Shown in pieces: positions 29,227 to 38,999 of a stretch of DNA of 64,000 nt (position 1 is the stretch's first letter; each line of letters starts with the position of its first letter). The DNA is taken from the NCBI GenBank assembly GCA_020445805.1, contig JAGRFX010000003.1, positions 1,530-65,529 of the forward strand, in the 5' to 3' direction. The notes beneath the pieces were generated by a model. The model ran no database searches and was not told the origin of the DNA. It worked only from the letters and a program-made list of their open reading frames with translations. The position numbers and the translations under genes were made by a program. Origin of the DNA: Rhodocyclaceae bacterium (GTDB lineage Bacteria > Pseudomonadota > Gammaproteobacteria > Burkholderiales > Rhodocyclaceae).

Positions 29227-29255
29227 AGATGGGAACGCCAAGCCGCGGTCTCAAG
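29227..29255 (-). promoter_or_regulatory. Sigma32 promoter for cbpA-htpX
   Basis: Minus strand CTTGAGA-N14-TCCCATCT. Confidence 0.7.
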
Positions 29256-29274
29256 GGCCTCGCATTCAATCGGG

Positions 29275-29303
29275 CTTGAAAGCCAGCGCAAGCCACCCCA
29301 TAT
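29275..29303 (+). promoter_or_regulatory. Sigma32 promoter for the Hsp20 pair
   Basis: CTTGAAA-N14-CCCCATAT, the RpoH consensus. Confidence 0.88.
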
Positions 29304-29333
29304 CCCGATCAATCACCCAGGGAGGGCACGACG

Positions 29334-29771
29334 ATGTACTGGAATATGAATCCGCGCGACGTGATGGCGGAGCTGGAGCGCATGCAGCGCGACTACCAGC
29401 AGCCGCTGGACCAGAACCCGAGCATCCGCGGCAATGGACGCAGCCGCTTTCCGGCGCTCAACGTGGGGGGCACCCCCGAATCCGTCGAGATCTATGCCTT
29501 TGCGCCCGGCCTCGACCCGGCCACGATCGAGTTGCTGCTGGACCGCGGCGTGCTGACCCTGGCCGGCGAGCGGGCGTCCGAGTTGCCGGCCGACGAGCGC
29601 CGCACGGCGGTACATATCGGCGAGCGCTTCTCCGGGCGCTTCCGCCGGGTGGTCAACCTGCCGGAAGACGCCGATCCGGAATCGGTGTCGGCGAGCTATC
29701 GGGATGGCGTGCTGCACGTCAGTGTCCGGCGGCGTGTGGCCGCCACGCCGCGCCGCATCAGCGTCGAATAA
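29334..29771 (+). CDS. Hsp20/alpha-crystallin small heat-shock protein
   Basis: FPALNV; GVLTLAGER; ERFSGRFRRVVNLP; ASYRDGVL. Confidence 0.93.
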   Translation: MYWNMNPRDVMAELERMQRDYQQPLDQNPSIRGNGRSRFPALNVGGTPESVEIYAFAPGLDPATIELLLDRGVLTLAGERASELPADERRTAVHIGERFSGRFRRVVNLPEDADPESVSASYRDGVLHVSVRRRVAATPRRISVE

Positions 29772-29782
29772 GGAGGCCCGCG

Positions 29783-30145
29783 ATGAGCAAGCATTCAGCC
29801 GAACAGGCGACCCAGCAGACGATCGTGCCGCCGGTGGACGTGATGGAGGACTCGGGCGGCATCACCCTGGTGGCCGACCTCCCCGGCGTGCCGAAGGAGG
29901 GGCTGCAGCTGCACGTGGAGTCGGACCAGCTGACCATCGAGGGCATCGCCCGCCTCGAGGGCCCCCCCGGCCTGCAGCTGACGCACCAGGAGGTGCCCGC
30001 GCTGCACTACCGGCGGGTGTTCACCCTCTCCAAGGAACTGGACCCCGAGCAGGTGACCGCCGTCTTCGAGCACGGCGTGCTGCGCCTGCGGATTCCGCGC
30101 GTCCAGCAGGCCCGCCCGCGCCGCATCCAGATCCAGGTGGGCTGA
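29783..30145 (+). CDS. Hsp20/alpha-crystallin small heat-shock protein
   Basis: AGGAGG RBS; PPVDVMED...ADLPGVPK; YRRVFTLS; FEHGVLRLRIP. Confidence 0.93.
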   Translation: MSKHSAEQATQQTIVPPVDVMEDSGGITLVADLPGVPKEGLQLHVESDQLTIEGIARLEGPPGLQLTHQEVPALHYRRVFTLSKELDPEQVTAVFEHGVLRLRIPRVQQARPRRIQIQVG

Positions 30146-30169
30146 GCGGGGCCGCGGGTCGCCGCCGGC

Positions 30170-30640
30170 TCAGTCGCGGCGTGCGCCGCGGCTCGCCAGC
30201 CAGGCGTCGAGCGACAGGCGACCCGGTCCGAAGGCCACCAGCACCAGCAGCAGGGCGCCCCAGTAGAAGTGGTCCTGGATGGCTGCCGGGCATTCGAACT
30301 CGAACAGCGCCGGGTAGGAGAGTACGGCCATGGCGTTGACCACGAAGAGTCCGAGGGCCGCGGGGCGGGAAAACAGGCCGGCGAAGAGCAGGACCGGCAG
30401 CACCAGCTCGCCCAGGGTGCCCATCCAGGCAGCCAGTTCGGGCGGCAGGATCGGCACCTGGTATTCATCCTGGAACAGGAAGAGGGTGGTGTCCCAGTCC
30501 TCGATCTTGGTCAGGCCCGCCTTGAAGAAGGCCCAGCCCACGTAGAGGCGGATCGCCAGCGAAAGCAGGGAGCCGGCCCAGGCGTCGAGTTGCGGGTCGA
30601 AGCGGGTGCTGAGCCGGTGCAGTCTGAGGGCTGCGTTCAT
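30170..30640 (-). CDS. DoxX family membrane protein (BufD-like)
   Basis: LAIRLYVGWAFFKAGLTK; LFQDEYQVP; GPGRLSLD. Confidence 0.9.
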   Translation of the reverse strand: MNAALRLHRLSTRFDPQLDAWAGSLLSLAIRLYVGWAFFKAGLTKIEDWDTTLFLFQDEYQVPILPPELAAWMGTLGELVLPVLLFAGLFSRPAALGLFVVNAMAVLSYPALFEFECPAAIQDHFYWGALLLVLVAFGPGRLSLDAWLASRGARRD

Positions 30641-30641
30641 G

Positions 30642-31421
30642 TCAGTTCTCCTGAGAAAGGTTCGGGGCCGCGAACAGCCCCTCGGCCAGCCAGCCGGGGA
30701 TGGCCGTGGCCGGATCGAATCGGGGGTCGGTGTCGAAGCCCTGCTCCAGCGCTTCGCCCAGCGGGGCGCCACACGACAGGGCGTCGAGGGCCGCGTATTC
30801 GCCGGCCGCCAGCGAGCGGACCGTTGCGCGCCAGGCCGGGCGGAGCACCACCATCCGGCTGGTACGCCGGGGGTCGGCGGGCAGGCTGCGATCGGCGGCC
30901 GGCTGATGGGCGAACCAGATGTCGTCGATGGCCCAGGGTGATGTCAGCAGCGTAGTGGCCGGATGCAGCCTGAGCTGCAGGGTCTCGATGCGGGCCGGGT
31001 CGATGGCGGCCAGCTGGCTCGCGTCGAGGCGCGGGGCGTCCAAGGCGTAGTGGGACCGGTGCAGGGCCCACTCGAGCCGCGCCACATCGCCCAGATAGGG
31101 ATAGGGGGCGAGGGCCTCGAAATTCGCCACGAAGGACGCGAAGCCACCCCCCAGGGTGTTGAGGTCGCCCTCGTCGTGGGCATGGCAGCGGCCGTATTGC
31201 CTGGCCAGGGCCGCGAAGCAGTCCTCGCCGACCAGGGTCCGGAGGACCGGACACGCATTGCCCAGGGCCTTGCCCCAATTGGCGGCCAGGTTGCCCCGGT
31301 ACAGCGCGATGCAGTGGGCCGTGTGTTGGGAAGGACCCCGGAACAGCCCGGCAGTCGGGGCGTCCGGGTCAAGGAGCGCAGCGCCGAAACGTTGCTGCAG
31401 ATCGGCCAGGGCCTCAGGCAT
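30642..31421 (-). CDS. DUF2063 MNIO partner protein (BufC-like)
   Basis: [10 protein letters not shown]; ALYRGN; [12 protein letters not shown]; [11 protein letters not shown]. Confidence 0.88.
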   Translation of the reverse strand: MPEALADLQQRFGAALLDPDAPTAGLFRGPSQHTAHCIALYRGNLAANWGKALGNACPVLRTLVGEDCFAALARQYGRCHAHDEGDLNTLGGGFASFVANFEALAPYPYLGDVARLEWALHRSHYALDAPRLDASQLAAIDPARIETLQLRLHPATTLLTSPWAIDDIWFAHQPAADRSLPADPRRTSRMVVLRPAWRATVRSLAAGEYAALDALSCGAPLGEALEQGFDTDPRFDPATAIPGWLAEGLFAAPNLSQEN

Positions 31422-32265
31422 GGCAGACCTCCGCGGTGGGGCGTGCGCTCGCGGCGGCGAGCCGCGCGCGCTCGACCTCGTCCAGCAGCACCGCCAGCGG
31501 GGGAACGTCGGTGTCCCACTCGATCAGCGTGGGCACCGGCCCGAAGCGGGCGACCGCGTCCCGGTAAAGGGCCCACACCGGCTCGGCGACCCGGTCGCCA
31601 TGGTGATCGACCACCGAGTGTTCGGTGACCAGGTGCCCGGCCAGATGGATCTCGGCCGGCCGCAGCTTCGACAGCGCATCCATGGCCGCGCGGGCGTCTT
31701 CCTGGTGATTGCGCTGATTCACGTAGAGATTGTTCACATCGAGCAGGACGCCGCATCCGGTGCGCCGCGCGACGGTGGCCAGAAAGTCGGTCTCGCCCAT
31801 CGTGTCAGCCTCGAAGCGCAGGTGGCTCGAGACGTTCTCGAGCAGGAGCTGACGCCCGAGTCGCGACTGGGCGCGTTCGACCCGCTCGCAGACGAGTTCG
31901 AGGGCTTCCGGGGTGAGCGGCATCGGCAGCAGGTCGCCCAGGTGGCGCCCGGGCAGCGAGGCCCAGCTCAGGTGTTCCGACACCAGGCCGGGATCGACGC
32001 GCGCGGCAAGCGCCGCGAGCCGGTCCAGGTGGCGTTCGAAGTGGGATGCGCTGGCGGATCCGATGCCGAGCCCGACGCCGTGGACGCTGATCGGGTAATC
32101 GGCGCGCAGGGTCTCCAGCACGTGCAGGTCCCAGCCGCCATCGCCGAAATAGTTCTCGGCGTGGACCTCGAGCCAGTCCACCGCGGGGCGGGCATCGAGG
32201 AAGTCACGGTAGTGCTCGGCGCGCAGGCCGATGCCGAAGCCGTGGATGGTCGAGTCGATCGTCAT
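31414..32265 (-). CDS. DUF692 multinuclear non-heme iron oxidase (MNIO, BufB-like)
   Basis: GIGLRAEHY; WLEVHAENY; SVHGVGL; VSEHLSW; LLENVS; LLDVNN; EIHLAGH; DHHG; LIEWD. Confidence 0.95.
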   Translation of the reverse strand: MTIDSTIHGFGIGLRAEHYRDFLDARPAVDWLEVHAENYFGDGGWDLHVLETLRADYPISVHGVGLGIGSASASHFERHLDRLAALAARVDPGLVSEHLSWASLPGRHLGDLLPMPLTPEALELVCERVERAQSRLGRQLLLENVSSHLRFEADTMGETDFLATVARRTGCGVLLDVNNLYVNQRNHQEDARAAMDALSKLRPAEIHLAGHLVTEHSVVDHHGDRVAEPVWALYRDAVARFGPVPTLIEWDTDVPPLAVLLDEVERARLAAASARPTAEVCHA

Positions 32266-32290
32266 GGCGCGTCCGTCGGGGCTGGGAAGG

Positions 32291-32322
32291 CGAGGCGCAG
32301 TGCCCTGGGGCGCCGCGCCTCG
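32291..32322 (-). other. Intergenic stem-loop between the precursor gene and the MNIO gene
   Basis: Minus strand CGAGGCGCGGCGCCC-CA-GGGCACTGCGCCTCG; no U-tract. Confidence 0.6.
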
Positions 32323-32335
32323 GTTCGGGGCAAGA

Positions 32336-32599
32336 TCAGTTCTTGCCGCCGGGCTTGAGGGAGCCGCCCATCTCGGTGCAGGTGCCCGAGGCCACGTACT
32401 TCCACTCGTTGGGGTCGTTGTCGGCCTTCGACTGGCCGGCGCAGGCGTGGCTGCCGGTGGTGCTGGCGCAGTCGTTGGCGCCGGCCTTGGAAATGCCGTA
32501 GCACTTCTCCTTGCCTTCCTTGGCGGCGAGGGCCGGGTTGGCGGCAACGGCGGCGATGCCGGCAACGGCGGCGGCGATGAGGAAGTGGCGCTTGTTCAT
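32336..32599 (-). CDS. DUF2282 bufferin-type RiPP precursor (BufA1-like)
   Basis: Signal peptide; [14 protein letters not shown]...HACAGQS...WKYVASGTC...GG with 4 Cys. Confidence 0.93.
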   Translation of the reverse strand: MNKRHFLIAAAVAGIAAVAANPALAAKEGKEKCYGISKAGANDCASTTGSHACAGQSKADNDPNEWKYVASGTCTEMGGSLKPGGKN

Positions 32600-32731
32600 G
32601 GATGACTCTCCTGTCGGTCTGGAAAAAGGGGCACTGGGCCGTAAAGCGCGATCGCCGGTGCGGCTTCTTGCGATCTGCTTGCGGACTAGACAGACAGGGG
32701 GGCAGGGAACTTACACGCCCTTCCGAAGTTT

Positions 32732-33025
32732 TTAGGGGCGGCGCCCGGCACCCAGGGCCCGGGCGACCAGCCAGGCCTCGCAGGCCTTGAAGCCGATCCA
32801 CAGCAGCAGGCTGAGATAGCCCATCGCCAGCAGCTCGAGCAGCTGCTGCAGGGCGCCGTCTGCGACGACCATCAGGCCGTGTTCGGCGAACAGGGCCAGA
32901 TTGGCCTGGAGCAGGTGGAAGAGATTGAACGAAACCACCCCGAATCCCATGAAAAGCAGGCCGGCCAGCGTGAAGACCAGCCACCAGCGCGGCGAGCGCA
33001 GGGGTTTAGCGAAGGAGCGGAGCAT
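32732..33025 (-). CDS. Small membrane hypothetical protein
   Basis: GGGAGG RBS; two hydrophobic segments; FKACE motif. Confidence 0.7.
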   Translation of the reverse strand: MLRSFAKPLRSPRWWLVFTLAGLLFMGFGVVSFNLFHLLQANLALFAEHGLMVVADGALQQLLELLAMGYLSLLLWIGFKACEAWLVARALGAGRRP

Positions 33026-33113
33026 CGATCACCTCCCGTCAGAGCGTCAGTCGGTCGGGGCGTCGTCCTGGGCCGCGGTCGGGCGGCGCCCCTGCGCCCG
33101 AGCGCGCTCCGTC

Positions 33114-33815
33114 TCAGGACGTCGCCGGCGGCGAGGCGAAGCGGGCATGGATCCAGCGTTCGATGTCTCGCAACTCCGGCACGCAGAGCCCGTGGTCCAT
33201 GGCATAGCTGTGCCACTCGAGCGGGTAGCCCAGGGCAGCCAGGCGGTCGCCGGACTGCTTGCCGAAGGCGTGGGGGATGACCCCGTCCTGCTGTCCATGG
33301 GCCTGGAAGATCGGCACCGATCGATTGGCCTCGCTGGCTTCCGACTCGAGCTGGTCGATCAGCGGCATGTAGGTGGACAGGGCCAGGATGCCGGCCAGGC
33401 GCGCAGGATGGCGGAGGCCGGTGTAGAGCGCGATGGCGCCGCCCTGGGAGAAACCGGCGAGGATCAGTTGTGTGTCCGGGACGCCCCGATCGTTCTCGCG
33501 GCGGATCAGGGCCTCGATCTGGGCTGCCGATTCGATGACACCCGCCGGATCTTCGCGACGCTGGGAGAAGTCGAGGGAGACGATGTCATACCAGGCGCGC
33601 ATGACGAAGCCGCCATTGATGGTCACGGCACGCATCGGGGCATGGGGGAAGACGAAGCGGATCGGCGGCAGGCCGTCCAGATCGAGTTCGTCGACGATGG
33701 GTTCGAAATCGTGGCCGTCGGCGCCCAGGCCGTGCATCCAGACGATGGCGTGGCGTGGGGACGGGGCGGTCTCGATCTCGATGCAGTCGAGCAGGCTGGG
33801 GGGCTGTCGGGTCAT
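33114..33815 (-). CDS. Carboxylesterase (phospholipase/carboxylesterase family)
   Basis: WMHGLGADG; MRAWYDI; GFSQGG; HGQQDGVI; MDH. Confidence 0.93.
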   Translation of the reverse strand: MTRQPPSLLDCIEIETAPSPRHAIVWMHGLGADGHDFEPIVDELDLDGLPPIRFVFPHAPMRAVTINGGFVMRAWYDIVSLDFSQRREDPAGVIESAAQIEALIRRENDRGVPDTQLILAGFSQGGAIALYTGLRHPARLAGILALSTYMPLIDQLESEASEANRSVPIFQAHGQQDGVIPHAFGKQSGDRLAALGYPLEWHSYAMDHGLCVPELRDIERWIHARFASPPATS

Positions 33816-33912
33816 GGTGGGGGGCCTCGGCCGGGGTCAAGTCGAGGCCCCCCCGGCCGTAAAGAGTCAGGATCTCGCGCCACGCGCTACCTGGCGCTCC
33901 AGGAACCCGACC

Positions 33913-34779
33913 ATGATAACCCTCGACCTCGACGCCCTGCCTCCGCTTTCACCCCTGGCCATCGAGATGCTCGCCCTGCGCATCGAAGATGACGACGCGG
34001 AGCGCAAGCTCCTGCGCATCCTGTCCAGCGAACCCCAGTTGGCGGCGCGCATGATCGCCATGGCCAATTCTGCGGCCTTCGGCCTGTCGCGGCTGCAGTT
34101 CGCGACGATTCCGCTGGCCCTGCGCCGGATCGGCCTGCGCCGGGCTCTGCAGCTATGCACGGCCTCGCTCTTCGGCCACCCGGTGACGGACCGCCTGCCG
34201 CCGCGCATCCGCCTGCAGCTGTGGCTTCACGCCCTGGCCCTGGCGACGGCCGCCAGCGAGCTGGCCCGCCTCAAGCACCTCCCGAACGCCGAAGAGGCCT
34301 ACCTGGCCGGGCTGCTCCACGACCTGGGCTACATGCTGGCCGAGCTCCAGGCCGGCGGCATCATCGAGTCGATCGCCCGGCGCGCGTCCGATGCCTCGGT
34401 CTCGATGGAAGATGCGGAAGTCGAGGTGCTGGGCTCGGAGCACGGGGAGGTGACGGCCCTGCTGCTGGCCCACTGGGGCGTTCCCGATGATTTCTGCCGG
34501 ATGTTCCGCCGGCATCATCTGGCGGCCACCGGCCCCGACAGCGTGCAGTCGATCCTCTTCTGTGCCGAAAAGATCGTGCGTCTGGATTCGTTCGCGGACG
34601 AGCTCTACGGCGACCGCCAGCACCTGTTTGCCCAGGTCCTGCTGCCCATCGAAGGGGTCGGCGGGCACCTGCTCGAGGAAATGCAGGTCGATGCGCCGCA
34701 GCTGTCGCGCATCGTCGACCGGGTGCTTGGCCAGGTGGCGGCCATCAGCGGGCTGGCGACGGAGATGGCGACCGCCTGA
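33913..34779 (+). CDS. Stand-alone HDOD domain protein
   Basis: LPPLSP; EPQLAARMIAMANSAAFG; AYLAGLLHDLG; LLAHWGVP. Confidence 0.9.
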   Translation: MITLDLDALPPLSPLAIEMLALRIEDDDAERKLLRILSSEPQLAARMIAMANSAAFGLSRLQFATIPLALRRIGLRRALQLCTASLFGHPVTDRLPPRIRLQLWLHALALATAASELARLKHLPNAEEAYLAGLLHDLGYMLAELQAGGIIESIARRASDASVSMEDAEVEVLGSEHGEVTALLLAHWGVPDDFCRMFRRHHLAATGPDSVQSILFCAEKIVRLDSFADELYGDRQHLFAQVLLPIEGVGGHLLEEMQVDAPQLSRIVDRVLGQVAAISGLATEMATA

Positions 34780-34798
34780 GTCGGCGCGGGATGCGCCC

Positions 34799-35161
34799 CT
34801 AGCCGGCCCGGCGCGACGTCAGGCGGGCCAGGTCGTCGAGGGCCTCGACGATGGCGTGCGAGGCGCGCGAGAAGTCGCCGCCCGGCGACAGGAGCCGGGC
34901 TGCGTCCTCACGGCGCCCGTCCTGGATGCAACCCGCCACTTCGCTGCACACCGCATGGAAGCGGGCGTGCTCCTCCACCGCCTGTTGAAGGGCCGCTGCA
35001 TCGCCATACAGCGATCGGGCCTCGCCCTGCAGCCAGCGGCCGAATTCGCAGGCATCCACCTGGGCCAGCTGCCCGGGCTCCAGGGGCTGCTTGCCGCACA
35101 GCATCCATTCCAGCTCCACCTTCCATTGCAGGTGGATTCGAATCGCTTCGCGAATATCCAT
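34799..35161 (-). CDS. Stand-alone CZB (chemoreceptor zinc-binding) domain protein
   Basis: HLQWK...CEFGRWL...HARFH, an intact 3His-1Cys set. Confidence 0.9.
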   Translation of the reverse strand: MDIREAIRIHLQWKVELEWMLCGKQPLEPGQLAQVDACEFGRWLQGEARSLYGDAAALQQAVEEHARFHAVCSEVAGCIQDGRREDAARLLSPGGDFSRASHAIVEALDDLARLTSRRAG

Positions 35162-38061
35162 CAGGTTTCCTTGCAGCCCCGGTACATCCGGTAGCGGTTC
35201 CGGCCTCCATGCTTGGCCTCGTACATGGCCATGTCGGCATGTTGCAGCAGCAGCTCCGCCTCGTCACCGTCCTCCGGGTGGAGCGCGACACCGATGCTGG
35301 CGCCCACATGCGCCTCGCGCCCGTCTAGGCAAATCGGTTTCCCGACCTCTTCGAGGATGCGCTCCAGGGTGCCGGCCACCTCGCTGGTCGAGCCGAGGCC
35401 GACCAGCAGCAGCACGAACTCGTCGCCCCCCAGTCGCGCAACGGTATCACCCTCGCGGATCGAAGACTGCAATCGGTGGGCGATGGTGATCAGCAGCGCA
35501 TCGCCCGCGTCGTGCCCGAGCGCGTCGTTTACGGCCTTGAACCCGTCCAGGTCCAGGAAGGCCACGGCGACCTGCCCCCGGGTCCGGCGCGCCTGGGCCA
35601 GGGCCTGATGGATGCGGTCCACCAGCAGGCGCCGGTTGGGCAGTCCGGTCAGGGCGTCGTGGAGTGCCTGGCGCTCGAGTTCTCGCTGGTGGGCCTTGAG
35701 GGCCGAGATGTCGGTATAGACGCCGATGTAGTGGGTCACATTGCCGGCATCGTCGTGCACGGCCGAGATGGTCAGGCGCTCGGGGACTTCACTGCCATCC
35801 TTGCGGCGGTTCCACATCTCGCCTTCCCAGTGGCCGAGCTCGGCAAGGCCCCGCCACATCCGCGCGTAGTAGTCGGCGTCCTGTCGCCGCGAGCGGAACA
35901 GGCGCGGGTTGTGGCCCACCAGTTCGTGGTAGCTGTAGCCACTCATGCGGCACATGGAGGGGTTGGCATCGACGATGTTGCCGGAGATGTCGGTGATCAG
36001 CACGCCATCGTGGGTCGCGGAGAACACGCTGGCGGCCAGCGATAGCTTGGCTTCGGCCGCCCGCTGGGCGGTCATGTCCTGGATCATGCCCTGGGCCGAG
36101 GTCGGCATGCCGTCGGGGGCATAGCGGACCTCGCCCCGTTGCAGGACGGTCTTGATCTTGCCTTCCGGGGTCACGATCCGATGCTCGATCTCCAGGGGGG
36201 TGCGATTGCAGATGGCGGTATCGAAGGCATGCCGGACGAGGGCGCGGTCCACCGGATGGACGCGGGAAAGGTAGTTCTCCTCGGTGCAATCGAAGGCGCG
36301 GCGGTCGAGTTCGAAGATCTGATAGGTCTCTTCGGACCACAGCAGCGAGCGGTCGGTGAAATCCAGCTGCCAGCTTCCGACGCTTGCCATCTGCTCGGCC
36401 AGATTGAGGAGCCGCGCGCTCTCCCGCAGGGCGGCCTCGGCGTCCATCCGCTCGAACTCCAGGGCCGCCCGCGCGGCGAAGATCTTCATCAGCTCGGTCA
36501 GGTCGCGCTCGAGGCGCATCGGCGAGGGGTCGAGGACCGCCAGGACGCCCAGGGGACGTACGCCGGACCCGATCGGGACGCCGATGTAGCTGCTCGCGCC
36601 CAGCTCCTTCAGCAGCAGGGCGTTCGGGAAGGCCTCGTCGGCGCTCTCCGGAAACACGCAGATGTCGCCCTCCAGGACCCAGCCGCAGGGCGAGGCGGCG
36701 ATCGGGTATTCAGTCAGGGTATGCTCGCCGCTGGCGTCGCTGAGCTCCACCACCTGGGCCAGGGCGCTGCCCTCCGGCAAGCGGCTGACGAGGCAGTAGC
36801 GCGCGCCCATCAGGCGGCGCAGGCTGGCCGCCAGGGTCGCGAAGAAGCGGTGCCCGAAGACGGTCGCGGTATCTTCGGTCAGGGTGTGCAGCATCTGTTC
36901 GCGCCGCTTGCGTTCGGTGATGTCGATGCCGGTTCCGATATAGCCCCGGAAGCCGCCGTGCTCGTCGTAGCGGGGGCGCCCCGAGATGGCGTACCAGCGC
37001 AGTTCGCCATTGCAGTTCAGGATCTGGTATTCGAGGCCCTCGAAGCTGCGGTGGGCCTCGACCACGGCGCGGTGATGGGAAAGTTCCTCGGGGCTCAGGC
37101 CCATCAGGGGAATCTCCCAGCGGGTCTTGCCGAGCAGGCGGTCGATGGGGAGGCCACCCTTGCGGTAGTGGTCGCCCGAAAAGGCCACGAAGCGAAACTG
37201 CGCGTCCTGCTCCCAGAACCAGTCGGAGGCCATCTCGGCCATCAGCTGGTAGCGCTCGCGCTCGCGCGCGAGCTCCGAGGTGCGCGAGCGGATCTCGTTT
37301 TCCTGATTGACCGTCAGGGCCGAGAGGCGCCGCAGCATCAACTGGTGGCGGTGGAACACCAGGTGCGACAGGCCGCCGAGCAGCAGGAAGGCGATGGCGC
37401 CGACGAACATCGTGGTCCGCTGGCCCTGGTGCAGGCTGGCGGTGGCCTGCGCGGAGGGCATCGAGATGCTGATGCCGCCCCGGATGTCCCCGACCTTGTA
37501 GCCCTGGGCCTCGTGGCACTTGAGGCACACCGGCTCGACCAGCAGCGGGGCCATGTAGCGGTAGAAGGGCTGGCCCTCGATCACCACGTCGTCGATGTAT
37601 TCCCGCACGGCCTTGAGCTCGAAGGACTCGAGCGCGGCGGCCTCCCAGGCTTCCGGCGCGTTGGCCGGACGGATCGGCTTGAGGCTGGTAATGTGGATGC
37701 GGGCGCCCTCGCGCCTGGCCGCCAGCTCGGCGATCTGTCGGGTCATGTAGGCCGGATTGACCAGGGTCAGGCTCTGGCCGTCGGTCGTCCGGATATCCCG
37801 ATTCGGGATCTTCAGGTAGGGATTGGGCTCCGCATTGGGCCCGGCCGGCACATAGACGCCGCCGTGGCGGGCGTTCCATTCGCGGGTGGTTTCGATCAGC
37901 CGGAACAGGGTGGCGCCGCGCTCGAGGGCGACGCTGCGGGCTTCGCTGGCAATGCGCCCCATCTCGAGCGCCACGAGCAGCGCCGTGAGCAGACCGACGA
38001 CGAGCCACGCGCCCAACACCGTGGCGCGGTAGAGGCTTGGTGAAAGGGTGCGGGGTTCCAT
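35161..38061 (-). CDS. Diguanylate cyclase: heme-c periplasmic sensor (DUF3365-like)-PAS-GAF-PAS-PAS-GGDEF
   Basis: WNARHGGVY, NPAYMTRQ, CLKCH; SDWFWEQD; HDALTGLPNR; FLDLDGFKAVND; I-site REGD; GGDEF. Confidence 0.92.
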   Translation of the reverse strand: MEPRTLSPSLYRATVLGAWLVVGLLTALLVALEMGRIASEARSVALERGATLFRLIETTREWNARHGGVYVPAGPNAEPNPYLKIPNRDIRTTDGQSLTLVNPAYMTRQIAELAARREGARIHITSLKPIRPANAPEAWEAAALESFELKAVREYIDDVVIEGQPFYRYMAPLLVEPVCLKCHEAQGYKVGDIRGGISISMPSAQATASLHQGQRTTMFVGAIAFLLLGGLSHLVFHRHQLMLRRLSALTVNQENEIRSRTSELARERERYQLMAEMASDWFWEQDAQFRFVAFSGDHYRKGGLPIDRLLGKTRWEIPLMGLSPEELSHHRAVVEAHRSFEGLEYQILNCNGELRWYAISGRPRYDEHGGFRGYIGTGIDITERKRREQMLHTLTEDTATVFGHRFFATLAASLRRLMGARYCLVSRLPEGSALAQVVELSDASGEHTLTEYPIAASPCGWVLEGDICVFPESADEAFPNALLLKELGASSYIGVPIGSGVRPLGVLAVLDPSPMRLERDLTELMKIFAARAALEFERMDAEAALRESARLLNLAEQMASVGSWQLDFTDRSLLWSEETYQIFELDRRAFDCTEENYLSRVHPVDRALVRHAFDTAICNRTPLEIEHRIVTPEGKIKTVLQRGEVRYAPDGMPTSAQGMIQDMTAQRAAEAKLSLAASVFSATHDGVLITDISGNIVDANPSMCRMSGYSYHELVGHNPRLFRSRRQDADYYARMWRGLAELGHWEGEMWNRRKDGSEVPERLTISAVHDDAGNVTHYIGVYTDISALKAHQRELERQALHDALTGLPNRRLLVDRIHQALAQARRTRGQVAVAFLDLDGFKAVNDALGHDAGDALLITIAHRLQSSIREGDTVARLGGDEFVLLLVGLGSTSEVAGTLERILEEVGKPICLDGREAHVGASIGVALHPEDGDEAELLLQHADMAMYEAKHGGRNRYRMYRGCKET

Positions 38062-38143
38062 ATGTACGTGACGAAGGAAGGGCCGTTTCAGAGCCCTTCC
38101 CATGGTAGCGGCGAAATCGCCGAAACCTTTATGCCACGTGGTT

Positions 38144-38971
38144 CTACGGAGTTTTTCGGCGCGCCAGATCGAGGGCCAGCCGGGTGAGGACTTCGTAGGC
38201 ACGGCCCGCCTCCGGCTGCCAGGCCGATACGGCCTGCTGCTGGTCGCGCAAGGTGTCGGTGTCGCCGCGGGCGGCCGGTCCGGAGAGGGCCGCTGCCGGT
38301 CCGAGTGCCAGCGCGTTGTCGATCGCGCCGCGCACCAGGGGTGCCATCAGTGCGGAGGCGGTGCGGTGGTCGAGTCCGGCGGCCTGGTAGGCCTGGAGGG
38401 CCACGTCGAGCAGGGTGACCGTGAAATTGGAGGCGAACACCGAGCCCGCGTGGTAGAGCAGCTTGGCCTCGGGCTCGATGGCGAAACAGCGGGCACCGAT
38501 GGCCTCGAAGCGCGCGCGCAGCCAGCGGCTTGCCGGGGCGCCGCCCTCGATGCCCACGAAGCTGCCGGCGAATGCCGCGCAGGCGGCTTCGGGCGAGGCG
38601 AAGCTGAGGACCGGGTGGGCGCTTGCCGCCTCGGCCCCCAGACAGGCGAGCGGCTCGAGCAGGGTGTGGGAGCGCGCGCCGCTGCAATGGAACACGATGT
38701 CCCCGGGGCGGACGCGTCCGCTGGCCGCGAGCGATTCGGCGACACCGGCGATCGCGCCATCCGGGGTGCCGAGCAGCCATGCCTCGGCGTGCGGCATGGA
38801 GGCCAGATCGGGGCAGCACTGTCCGCCGCCGATGAAGGCCCGGGCCGCCTCCCTGCTCGCCGCGGAGCGGCCGTGGATGCCGGCGACCGCGAGCTCGCCG
38901 GCCGCCGACCAGAGTCGCCCCAGGCTGCGGCCGACGCGGCCACAGCCCACGATGTTCAAGCTCGGCGGCAT
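38144..38971 (-). CDS. Rossmann-like and DUF2520 oxidoreductase (PanG-like)
   Basis: IVGCGRVG; FHCSGA; SAHPVLSF; KLLYHAGSVFASN; LSGPAARGD. Confidence 0.88.
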   Translation of the reverse strand: MPPSLNIVGCGRVGRSLGRLWSAAGELAVAGIHGRSAASREAARAFIGGGQCCPDLASMPHAEAWLLGTPDGAIAGVAESLAASGRVRPGDIVFHCSGARSHTLLEPLACLGAEAASAHPVLSFASPEAACAAFAGSFVGIEGGAPASRWLRARFEAIGARCFAIEPEAKLLYHAGSVFASNFTVTLLDVALQAYQAAGLDHRTASALMAPLVRGAIDNALALGPAAALSGPAARGDTDTLRDQQQAVSAWQPEAGRAYEVLTRLALDLARRKTP

Positions 38972-38999
38972 GGGCCGCGCCTCCGCTGGGTGGGAGGCC

